A stretch of 27,524 bases of DNA from an uncultured Gammaproteobacteria bacterium (lineage in GTDB: Bacteria > Patescibacteriota > Patescibacteriia > 2-12-FULL-60-25), in contig CAYHYU010000002.1 of assembly GCA_964360885.1 (NCBI GenBank), positions 1 through 27,524 on the forward strand, written 5' to 3'. A model generated the notes under the pieces. It was given only the letters and a program-made list of their open reading frames with translations, did no database searches and was not told where the DNA came from. The position numbers and the translations under genes are program-made. Within the stretch, counting starts at the first letter, position 1. Each line of letters begins with the position of its first letter. This document shows positions 1-7,869 of this stretch, in pieces.

Positions 1-548
1 AGCGCCGGCGCGCCGACGATATGCACACGCCACGGCTCTTCACCCATCTTGAGAATGCGTTCTGCAGAGTCCGGCGCCGCAGGAAAATGGAGATGCGATA
101 ATTTCGTGATCGCGTGGCGCGCAATTTCATCCACCGTGGACGTCACATCGCCGCCGTGAACGTGCGCCGTCGGAATGCCGAGATACAAGCACGCGTGCGC
201 GGCGCAGAGCATTTCCGGACGGTCACCGAGCGTGAGAAGGATGTCCGGCCGATCTTCGGCGAGGCGCGGCACAAGCGCGGAGAGAAGCACACTCGAAAAC
301 ATTGCCATTGCTTCTCGCGTGTCTCCGGCGAACGTCGCGGGAAGGCGGATCGCGTCCGGGAATTCCGCCTCGACCTCCGTGATCGTGTTGCCGAACTCGG
401 GCATCAGGTGCATCCCTGTCGCATACACGACGAGCCGAAGCTTCGCGCTTTTCGCGATCGCGCGGAGGACCGGCGTCATCAAACCAAAATCCGCCCGCGT
501 GCCGGTCACATAGGCAATTTTTTTATTCGTCGGCGAGATCATGTTCAT
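1..548 (-). CDS. neuC: UDP-N-acetylglucosamine 2-epimerase (hydrolysing), NeuC/LegG family; 5' part only, runs off the window edge (missed by the ORF track)
   Basis: Manual translation from ATG at 548 (alternative 542): MNMISPTNKKIAYVTGTRADFGLM...YATGMHLMPEFG...LGDRPEML...AHVHGGDVTSTVDEIARHAITKLSHLHF...ERILKMGEEPWRVHIVGAPA. These are NeuC-type motifs. The start overlaps the neuB stop. Confidence 0.93.
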   Translation of the reverse strand, partial: MNMISPTNKKIAYVTGTRADFGLMTPVLRAIAKSAKLRLVVYATGMHLMPEFGNTITEVEAEFPDAIRLPATFAGDTREAMAMFSSVLLSALVPRLAEDRPDILLTLGDRPEMLCAAHACLYLGIPTAHVHGGDVTSTVDEIARHAITKLSHLHFPAAPDSAERILKMGEEPWRVHIVGAPA

Positions 549-1584
549 GAAGTAATGCGTCAGCGATAAGGTCTGCAGCTGCTCTTTTTCCGAGAATACG
601 CTCATAGTTGGACGGCTGCATGCCTGTTCCTGGACGTTTTATACCGATATTTTCCCTCGTGAGAAGCTCTCCTTTCCGAATGGCTTTGATAGTCACAATA
701 CTTTTTCTCACGGCTGCACGCATTCCAAGTTCGCTCTCTGTTGGTTGCTTCTCGCGTTCTCCGAGCATGATGGAAATCTGACGTATCTCTTCCACGATTG
801 AACGAAACGCGCGCGGCTCGCATGAAGCTTTGTGATCCGGTCCGGGAAGAGTTTGATCAAGCGTAAAATGCTTCTCGATCACACAGGCACCAAGCGAAAC
901 AGCTATCCGTGGATACAACGGATGGGGCGAGTTGTCAGAATAGCCCACGGGGTAGGAAAACGATTCGTCGAGAGCGCGCAGCATGCGGAGATTGGTTTCC
1001 TCCGGAGGGCAGGGGTAGTTCGTCGTGCAGTGAAGCAAAATGATCTGATCGTTGCCCGCGCGCTCAATGCACGCGACCGCCTCACGCACTTCTTCGAGCG
1101 TTGCCATTCCGGTTGAAATGATCAGAGGCGCGTGAAAATCTGCGATGTATCGTAAAAAGGGAAGATTTGTGAGATCGCCTGAACCAATTTTATAGGCAAC
1201 CAAATCTATCGATCGAAGAAAATCGGCACTTTTTTCTCCTCCATGTGGGGTTGAGAGGAAGAGGATTTTTTTTTCTTGACAACGCTCTACAAGTTGCGGA
1301 TACCATGCTTCCGGTAATTCAAGTGCTTCAAGGAGCGCGCGTTGGCTCGTTGTTCTCCCTAAATTCTTTTTTTGGTAGTCAGCCATCTCTGCATCACCAA
1401 TCACAACATCTTCGGCGTGAAAGGTCTGAAATTTAACAGCATCTGCACCGGCTTCAGCGGCTGCATCAATGAGTTTTAATGCTAAATCCAATTGACCATT
1501 ATGATTCACGCCTGCTTCAGCGATCATAAACACGGGTTGGCCCTCTCCCACCCATCGGTCACCGATACGGACATGCTTCTTCAT
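523..1584 (-). CDS. neuB: N-acetylneuraminate/legionaminate synthase (NeuB family) with C-terminal SAF/antifreeze-like domain
   Basis: AEAGVNHNG, ADAVKFQT, IISTGMA, LLHCTTNYP, VGYSDN, IEKHFTLD..GPDHKAS, and C-terminal RKSIVTIKAIRKGE...KRPGTG. ATGA overlap with the upstream gene. Confidence 0.95.
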   Translation of the reverse strand: MKKHVRIGDRWVGEGQPVFMIAEAGVNHNGQLDLALKLIDAAAEAGADAVKFQTFHAEDVVIGDAEMADYQKKNLGRTTSQRALLEALELPEAWYPQLVERCQEKKILFLSTPHGGEKSADFLRSIDLVAYKIGSGDLTNLPFLRYIADFHAPLIISTGMATLEEVREAVACIERAGNDQIILLHCTTNYPCPPEETNLRMLRALDESFSYPVGYSDNSPHPLYPRIAVSLGACVIEKHFTLDQTLPGPDHKASCEPRAFRSIVEEIRQISIMLGEREKQPTESELGMRAAVRKSIVTIKAIRKGELLTRENIGIKRPGTGMQPSNYERILGKRAAADLIADALLHEHDLADE

Positions 1585-2564
1585 TCTCTCCTTTTAGCAG
1601 AATCTTCTAACGCAGACAAGGTCTCGAGATTTCGCAAGACATCCTCAAACGTATACGGATAGGTAGAAATGCCGCGAATCGCGTCGAGAAACGCCTTGAT
1701 CTCTTCGACGTACATCTCTTCGACGATGATGTAGCCCTCTTCCGTCTTTCCCTTTTCGATCGCGATGATCTCCGTTTCTTTCGACGCGAGCTTCACACGG
1801 ACTTCCGACGCCATCCAATCCCATTCGATGACGCCTTCAGAGCCCATGAGCGTGAGGGTGCGGAGCGGTTTTCGCGAAATCACGTCAATGAGGACGTTGC
1901 CGCGGACGTCGTTGCCATGGACGAGTGAAGCGGAAAGAATGTCGTCTGCCTCCATGTCGAGATCCGAGATGTGCGCGAGAAATCCCGTGACGTCCGAAAC
2001 AGGCGAGCTGACGAGCCAGTTGATCCAGCACAGCTCGAATGGAAAGAGCTCGCGGCACGCGCCCGTTTCTTTTTTCGAGAAGAACACGTTCCGATAATCC
2101 TCCCACGGATGCCAGTCCGGAAGATACTGACCGAGATGGTAGTCGTAGGCGAGAACCTTTCCGATCTTTCCTTCTTCGACCATCCGCTTGATCATCTTGA
2201 TCGGCGCGAAATGGCGGAACGTGCACGACGGCGCGCGGATGATGCCGTCGCCGGACGCGGCGATCGCTTCTTTCAACATTTCATCCGACGTCGTTGTTTC
2301 AACAAAAAAATGTGTGCGATCGTCAAGCGCTTTTTTGATATACGGCGCGTGAAGGTTCGGCGGCGTCGAAATGATCATCGCGTCGTACTCGTTGGACGCG
2401 ACTGCGATGATGTCCGCGACGGTTTTGATTCCGTGTTTTTCTTCCGCTTCCTTCCGACGATCCGCGGACACGTCAAATCCAACGACATCCTTCTCGTCGT
2501 TCGCGAAGAGATTGCGGATTCGCCGCTTTCCCATTGACCCGAGGCCGATGACGAGGAAGCGCAT
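1581..2564 (-). CDS. Gfo/Idh/MocA-family NAD(P)-dependent oxidoreductase (327 aa)
   Basis: True start is MRFLVIGLGSMGKRRIRNL at 2564 (Rossmann motif), 1 nt after the aminotransferase stop. GQYLPDWHPWEDYR motif. The ORF-track extension to 2936 overlaps the upstream gene. Confidence 0.88.
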   Translation of the reverse strand: MRFLVIGLGSMGKRRIRNLFANDEKDVVGFDVSADRRKEAEEKHGIKTVADIIAVASNEYDAMIISTPPNLHAPYIKKALDDRTHFFVETTTSDEMLKEAIAASGDGIIRAPSCTFRHFAPIKMIKRMVEEGKIGKVLAYDYHLGQYLPDWHPWEDYRNVFFSKKETGACRELFPFELCWINWLVSSPVSDVTGFLAHISDLDMEADDILSASLVHGNDVRGNVLIDVISRKPLRTLTLMGSEGVIEWDWMASEVRVKLASKETEIIAIEKGKTEEGYIIVEEMYVEEIKAFLDAIRGISTYPYTFEDVLRNLETLSALEDSAKRRE

Positions 2565-2565
2565 G

Positions 2566-3855
2566 TCAGTTGTATTTCCGGAACACGGGCGTGCACGGCT
2601 CGCCGATGAGCGGCGCATCGCGATACGCGCCGAGCGCCTCGTCGAACACGTCGAGCGTCTTCTGGATTTCCGCTTCCCCGTGCGCGAAGGAGATCGCGAA
2701 ATAACCTTGAAACAAAATCCCGCGCGTGATGACTTCCTGCAGAAATTTCGTGCGGAGAACAGGCGACGCATTTCCGTCGGCATCCTTGAACGCCATCGAG
2801 AGGTTTGGCGCAAAGCCGACGACCGACACCTGTTTTTCCAATCTGTGTTTCGCGATGCGCTCGAGAAGACCTGTTTTGAGTTTTTCACCCATTTTCCAAA
2901 AATGCTCTTGCACTCGATTCTTTTCCATGAAATCAAGCGCGGCGAGCGCGGCCGCGAGAGAAACCGTTTCCGCGCCGTGCGTCGTCGAGATCAAAAAGAC
3001 GCGCGGTGTGTCGTGATGCAATCCGCCGAGCTTCATGATGTCTTTCTTTCCGCCGAGAACGGACACGGAATATCCGTTTGCGATCCCCTTTCCGTACGTG
3101 ACGAGATCCGGTTGAAGATTGTATTTCGGGGCCGCGCCGCGGAGATCCCAGCGGAAGCCCGTGATCATTTCGTCGAGAATGAACACCGCGCCGTATTTCC
3201 GGCAGAGCGCCTGCACGCCCTCGAGAAATCCCGCCTTCGGCTCTTCCGTCGTGATCACTTCCATGATGACGCACGCGACGTCCGCGGGATGTTCCGCGAA
3301 AATCTTCTCGAGCGATGCGAGATCGTTGTAACGAAACGTCTTCGTGAGTCCTTTGATCTCGTCGGGGATCCCCGCGTCGCACGCGGTCGTGCCGATGAAC
3401 CAGTCGTCGTAGCTGAAGAACGGGTGGTCGGCGCAGGCAACGATCAGATCGCGTCCCGTATAGGCGCGCGCGAGCTTTGTGGCGGCCGTTGTGACCGTGG
3501 AACCATTCTTCGCGAATTTCACCATCTCAACGTTCGGAAGCGTCGAGATAAGTAGATCCGCCAGCTCGTATTCAATCGGATGCGGTCGCCCGAAATTGGT
3601 GCCTTGACCCATTTGCTTCTTTACAGCGCGATTTATTTCCGGGTGGCAGTGGCCGAGCGTCACCGAACGCAGCCCCATGCACCAATCGAGGTATTTCTTC
3701 CCGTCGCTTCCCCATACGTATGCTCCTTTGCCGCGGAGGATCGCTTTCGGTGCGACTTCGGGAAATTGGTCGTCGCCTTTTGAATACGTATGCGCGCCGC
3801 CCGGGATGAGTTCGTGGCGTCGGGCGATCAACTCATCGAATTTCGCGTGATCCAT
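2566..3855 (-). CDS. Class III PLP aminotransferase (glutamate-1-semialdehyde aminomutase-like), probably acting on a sugar
   Basis: GAYVWGSDGKKYLD, KFAKNGSTVT, FILDEMITGFR, PLP-lysine motif DLVTYGKGIANG, STTHGAETVSLAAA. Lies between neuA and neuB. Confidence 0.9.
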   Translation of the reverse strand: MDHAKFDELIARRHELIPGGAHTYSKGDDQFPEVAPKAILRGKGAYVWGSDGKKYLDWCMGLRSVTLGHCHPEINRAVKKQMGQGTNFGRPHPIEYELADLLISTLPNVEMVKFAKNGSTVTTAATKLARAYTGRDLIVACADHPFFSYDDWFIGTTACDAGIPDEIKGLTKTFRYNDLASLEKIFAEHPADVACVIMEVITTEEPKAGFLEGVQALCRKYGAVFILDEMITGFRWDLRGAAPKYNLQPDLVTYGKGIANGYSVSVLGGKKDIMKLGGLHHDTPRVFLISTTHGAETVSLAAALAALDFMEKNRVQEHFWKMGEKLKTGLLERIAKHRLEKQVSVVGFAPNLSMAFKDADGNASPVLRTKFLQEVITRGILFQGYFAISFAHGEAEIQKTLDVFDEALGAYRDAPLIGEPCTPVFRKYN

Positions 3856-3856
3856 A

Positions 3857-4579
3857 TCAAGAAAAGTTTTTAATCCGCTCCGCGATCTCGTCGCGGTGCG
3901 CGTGAATGAGTTCGCTCACGACAAAGTCCTGCGACTCGTCGATATCCGCCGCGCGCCAACGCTCGATCTCATAGCCGACAAGATTTCCGCCGACGAACGA
4001 TTTCTCGCGGCGCATGACGTCGGTCTTGATAAGGTAGATCATGCATCCATCGAATTTGTAAAATTTGGGATTCTCCTGCCGGTTCGTCATGAGTTTGGTG
4101 TCGTTCGGTAATATCGTGAGACGGTCTTCCGCATCTTTCATGAGTAGCCACGACTCCGTCTGACAGATGGATACGAGCGACTCGGCGTCCCGCGCCTGAA
4201 ACAACTCGACGGCGCGATCAATGTCTCCCGAACGCCGGAGCGGCGATGTCGTCTGCAGAAGAAGGAGATGCGTTGGTTCGTACCCTTCTGTCGCTTTCAA
4301 CGTATCGAGATGATGAAGCACCGCGTCCATGACCGGGCTCTTGTCGCCGGCCATCTCCGCGGGACGGAGAAACGGCACCTCCGCGCCATGCGTGCGCGAG
4401 ACGGAAGCGGTTTCTTCGTCTTCGGTCGAGACCATGATCCGGTCCACGTATTTCGATCCCTTCGCGCACTCGATGGAATACGCGATCAGCGGCTTGCCGT
4501 TAAATAGCCGGATGTTTTTCTTCGGCACGCCTTTCGAACCTCCGCGCGCCGGAATCAAGGCGAGAATTTTCATCTCCAT
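3857..4579 (-). CDS. neuA: Acylneuraminate cytidylyltransferase (CMP-nonulosonate synthetase)
   Basis: KILALIPARGGSKGVPKKNI, VSTEDEE, GAEVPFLRPAEMAGD, LLQTTSPLR, DIDESQDF. Confidence 0.94.
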   Translation of the reverse strand: MEMKILALIPARGGSKGVPKKNIRLFNGKPLIAYSIECAKGSKYVDRIMVSTEDEETASVSRTHGAEVPFLRPAEMAGDKSPVMDAVLHHLDTLKATEGYEPTHLLLLQTTSPLRRSGDIDRAVELFQARDAESLVSICQTESWLLMKDAEDRLTILPNDTKLMTNRQENPKFYKFDGCMIYLIKTDVMRREKSFVGGNLVGYEIERWRAADIDESQDFVVSELIHAHRDEIAERIKNFS

Positions 4580-4587
4580 ATTGTCCG

Positions 4588-4616
4588 AGGGTACGGAATT
4601 GCGGCCGGGTCGTCAA
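4588..4616 (-). promoter_or_regulatory. Putative sigma70 promoter for the neuA operon: TTGACG-17-TACCCT, 8 nt before the ATG
   Basis: Minus strand reads TTGACG acccggccgcaattccg TACCCT cggacaat ATG. The spacer is exactly 17 nt. Confidence 0.65.
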
Positions 4617-4634
4617 GATATGCGATATCCATTC

Positions 4635-5378
4635 CTACACGTCAATGCGAATGATCTTCCAAGGCAGGGCGAGGGCGCCGCTCATTTGAAGACGCCGGCC
4701 ATCTGCGAGTGAAACGGTGTACGTTCCCATTTGATTCGGAGAAGGCCGCGGCAGGTCGATGGGCATCTCGAAGTCACGGACTTCGAGATGAGATGCGCCG
4801 AGTTCCGCGAGGAACCGTTGGAACTTCGGTAAGCTGTAGATGTTGTAGTACGCGTTGAATCCGTCCTTCCCAGCTTCTTTTTCATATTCGCGAATCTTTA
4901 TCTCGAAATCAATGTCACCGTCGTAAAACAAGGAGCTCAAAAAAATATGGCGCTTCGTCACGGCAACCAACGCGCGAACAGCATCCTCGTAATACGGGAG
5001 CCAGGACAGCGTTTTCCAAATGATCGAGAGGTCAAACTGTTTCGGATACCGCATCGGAAGGTCGAGGATATCCCCGACCTCGAACGCGACGTTTGCCTCA
5101 TCCGCGTTGAGTTTCCGCGCCTCTTCAATGAGATAATCCGTCTGGTCAACGCCGAGAAACTGCGCGCGCGGGTTCATCTCCGCGAGAAGTCGGATAAGAT
5201 GGCCCACGCCGCAACCGGCATCGAACACGTTCGGGCTGCCGGCAAGATGCGGTCGAACCATGTCTTCAAGAATCTTGTCCATTTCCTGCTTTGTGGTGAG
5301 ATACTTCTTCATCGATGCGGTGTTGAACGTTTTATCGGCATCGCCTTTGAAATAGGTTGACGGGTTTGCGGAATCCAT
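4635..5378 (-). CDS. Class I SAM-dependent methyltransferase (247 aa)
   Basis: VFDAGCGVGHL SAM motif, FLGVDQTDYLIEEAR, FEVGDILDL, WKTLSWLP. Directly upstream of neuA. Confidence 0.85.
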   Translation of the reverse strand: MDSANPSTYFKGDADKTFNTASMKKYLTTKQEMDKILEDMVRPHLAGSPNVFDAGCGVGHLIRLLAEMNPRAQFLGVDQTDYLIEEARKLNADEANVAFEVGDILDLPMRYPKQFDLSIIWKTLSWLPYYEDAVRALVAVTKRHIFLSSLFYDGDIDFEIKIREYEKEAGKDGFNAYYNIYSLPKFQRFLAELGASHLEVRDFEMPIDLPRPSPNQMGTYTVSLADGRRLQMSGALALPWKIIRIDV

Positions 5379-5430
5379 AGGTAACCGGAGTGTAGATGAA
5401 AAAATTGTTTTGAGCTATATTGCCCAAAAC

Positions 5431-7869
5431 ATGCTAACCGCATTCGACCGCCTTCTCCAGAAACGACCAGTTTTCCTCATCTGCGTCGCGTTTCTGTGCT
5501 TGGCGCTGTTTCTGTTTGCTCCGATCCTGTTCGAAGAACGACTCTTTTCCGGCCTCTATGTGAATCTGTATCACGTCTTTTTTTTCGCCGGCCAGAAGTA
5601 TTTGATCTTTACGCTGCACCAATGGCCGAATTGGTGGCCGCATTTCGCTTCCGGATATCCCATCAGTCTCACGCTCGACGGGTTCCTGAATCCGATGTTC
5701 ATCCTCGCCCTGAAATTCCTGCCTGTCCTGCCGGCCTACGCGTGGCTGACCTTCTTCCTCTTCGTCGCGAATGGCGCGAGTTGTTACGCCTGCGCTCGCG
5801 CATTCTCGTTGACGCGCGCGGCGAGCGTCATCGCCGCACTCGCCTACGGTTTCAGCGGCATCATCATCCGCTGGACGGACGTCATCGTATTCGCGTCGAT
5901 CTTCCCGATCCTGCCGCTGTCTTTCCTCGCCGTCCTCAAGATCAAGCAGGGAAATCGCACATGGCGGTGGATCTGGACCGCGTTGCTGACCTACGCCTGG
6001 ATCGGCGGCTTCGCGGAGCTTCTGGTGTATGACCTGATCGCGATCGGCGCATTCTGCGTCACGCTCCTTCTCGCCGACAAACCGCTCACCCTGAAAAAAT
6101 TCATGCTCGACGGGTTTCGCCATTTTTTTCTCCCGGTCTTCGTCAGCGTCCTCCTCGTGTCCCCGTGGCTCGTCTCTGTGCTGTACTTCATCACGCATGA
6201 CACGATCCGCGCGGGCGGTCTTGCGGTTGCGGACGCGTCCAGTATGCCTCTCACGATTTCGTACCTCATCCACGTATTCCTTCCGCGCCTAAGCGTTTTC
6301 TACGGTGACAACATCCCCTACCTCCGGCTCGGCGACGATATCGACCTGTTTCTTGGAACCGTCCCAGTGCTTCTCCTCATCTCGCTGTTCTTCTCGTGGA
6401 AAAAGACCTCACAACGGCATCGCGGCTTTTTCGTCGGGCTTCTCGCGTTCGCGCTCCTCATGAGCTTTCGTTCCCCGATGTACCTGCTCCTTCATCAGCT
6501 CCCAGTCCTCAACTGGTTCCGATGGCATTTCAAATGGTCGTTCTTAACCGTGTTCGCGGCGGCGATACTCGCGGGGTATGCGATGGATGCACTGCGCGCC
6601 GTTATTCACGAACGATGGGCGAAACGGACGATCATCATTGGCTGGACCGCTCTCTGTCTCGCCGTGCTCGGATCTTTTTCCATCATGCGCTTCGCGCCGA
6701 CGCTGCAAAACAAAATTGTCAGCTTCGGCATGGCGCATTATGCGGCAAGCGCCTCACAAAACCTTTCCCGCTCCGCCGACTACTACGCCTGGCTTATCCG
6801 TCACATGGCGGATTCGCTCGTCCAAGGTCTGTCGCTTTCGAATCAATGGATCATACTCCTGTTTGCGCTGTGGGCGACGGCGCTCGCCTCGTTCACGATC
6901 ATCGCGTGGCAACGGATCTCATGGACGCGATCCAGACAGCTTCTCGTTCTCGCAACGGCGCTCGGATGCGTGCTGCCTTGGACCGGTTTTCTCGTCGGGC
7001 TCCCCAACCGATACCTCACGGAAGAACCGGCCACGGCCGCGTTCCTCCATCGAGCAAACGCGTACTGGGATCTCCCGGTGAGCGGAGCGCAAGCCGCGAC
7101 GCACGTCCCGTACCGTGTCTTCCCCTATTTTCCGGATCAATCCGTCGCCGACCTCCAAGACCGCTATCGCATCAATTTCGTGGATCACGACAACCGCTCG
7201 TGGCTGTCGCGCGAGATGCTGGATGACAATAACAATACGTGGTTCGGCATCGATGGCATGTTCAATCATGAACCGTTGACCGAGGCGCGCATGGCCGCCT
7301 TGTTCGAACAGGTCATGGGTCGGACAGCGACTGCGACGAAAGACTCGCTCGCCGCCAACATCCGATTCTTCTCCTCCACGCACACCGCGGAGCTACTCGG
7401 CATCGCGAACGTCAAATACGTCACCTCTCCTCATATTCTTGGTGGTCCGTGGAAACTCGCGCAGACGAGCCATATTCTCGAAAAACGAGTTCCCGTCTAC
7501 CTCTATGAAAATCCGTTTTTCCGGCCACGCTGGTATTTTGCCGATCGCGTTTCAGCGTCCGACGGCCTTTCTGACATGACGTTCCTGGAAAGGAAGGGCG
7601 CGGACGAATTGCAATTGGTCGCCTACACGGCGGGGCGTCTTGAACTCTCCACGAAAACGGCAGAAGGGCGTTGGATCGTGTTCAGCGAAACGGGCGTTCC
7701 GTTTTGGCGGGCCAAAATAGACGGCAAGAAGACGCCGCTCATTCGCGCGAATCTCGCGTATCAAGCCGTATTTGTTCCGGCAGGAACGGGGCATCGCGTC
7801 GAATTTTATTACCTCGCGTTCTGGGAGCAGGCGCGGGCGTCGCTCACGGCATTCATCAAGGGCCGTTGA
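5431..7869 (+). CDS. YfhO-family polytopic membrane protein (GT-C-like glycosyltransferase)
   Basis: Many hydrophobic segments, WWPHFASGYP near the N-terminus, and a YfhO-type C-terminus (WIVFSETGVPFWRAKIDGKKTPLIRANLAYQAVFVPAG.HRVEFYY). Start is ATG 5431 (alternative TTG 5410). Confidence 0.8.
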   Translation: MLTAFDRLLQKRPVFLICVAFLCLALFLFAPILFEERLFSGLYVNLYHVFFFAGQKYLIFTLHQWPNWWPHFASGYPISLTLDGFLNPMFILALKFLPVLPAYAWLTFFLFVANGASCYACARAFSLTRAASVIAALAYGFSGIIIRWTDVIVFASIFPILPLSFLAVLKIKQGNRTWRWIWTALLTYAWIGGFAELLVYDLIAIGAFCVTLLLADKPLTLKKFMLDGFRHFFLPVFVSVLLVSPWLVSVLYFITHDTIRAGGLAVADASSMPLTISYLIHVFLPRLSVFYGDNIPYLRLGDDIDLFLGTVPVLLLISLFFSWKKTSQRHRGFFVGLLAFALLMSFRSPMYLLLHQLPVLNWFRWHFKWSFLTVFAAAILAGYAMDALRAVIHERWAKRTIIIGWTALCLAVLGSFSIMRFAPTLQNKIVSFGMAHYAASASQNLSRSADYYAWLIRHMADSLVQGLSLSNQWIILLFALWATALASFTIIAWQRISWTRSRQLLVLATALGCVLPWTGFLVGLPNRYLTEEPATAAFLHRANAYWDLPVSGAQAATHVPYRVFPYFPDQSVADLQDRYRINFVDHDNRSWLSREMLDDNNNTWFGIDGMFNHEPLTEARMAALFEQVMGRTATATKDSLAANIRFFSSTHTAELLGIANVKYVTSPHILGGPWKLAQTSHILEKRVPVYLYENPFFRPRWYFADRVSASDGLSDMTFLERKGADELQLVAYTAGRLELSTKTAEGRWIVFSETGVPFWRAKIDGKKTPLIRANLAYQAVFVPAGTGHRVEFYYLAFWEQARASLTAFIKGR

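Noticed and set aside
2565-2936. N-terminal extensions given by the ORF track (also 13489, 14855, 16557, 19068, 23750, 26372)
   Set aside because: They overlap upstream genes. Family motifs and stop/start coupling point to the downstream ATGs used above.
2566-3855. Calling the aminotransferase hemL (tetrapyrrole synthesis)
   Set aside because: There are no hem genes nearby and it is coupled between neuA and neuB, so a sugar-related role fits better.
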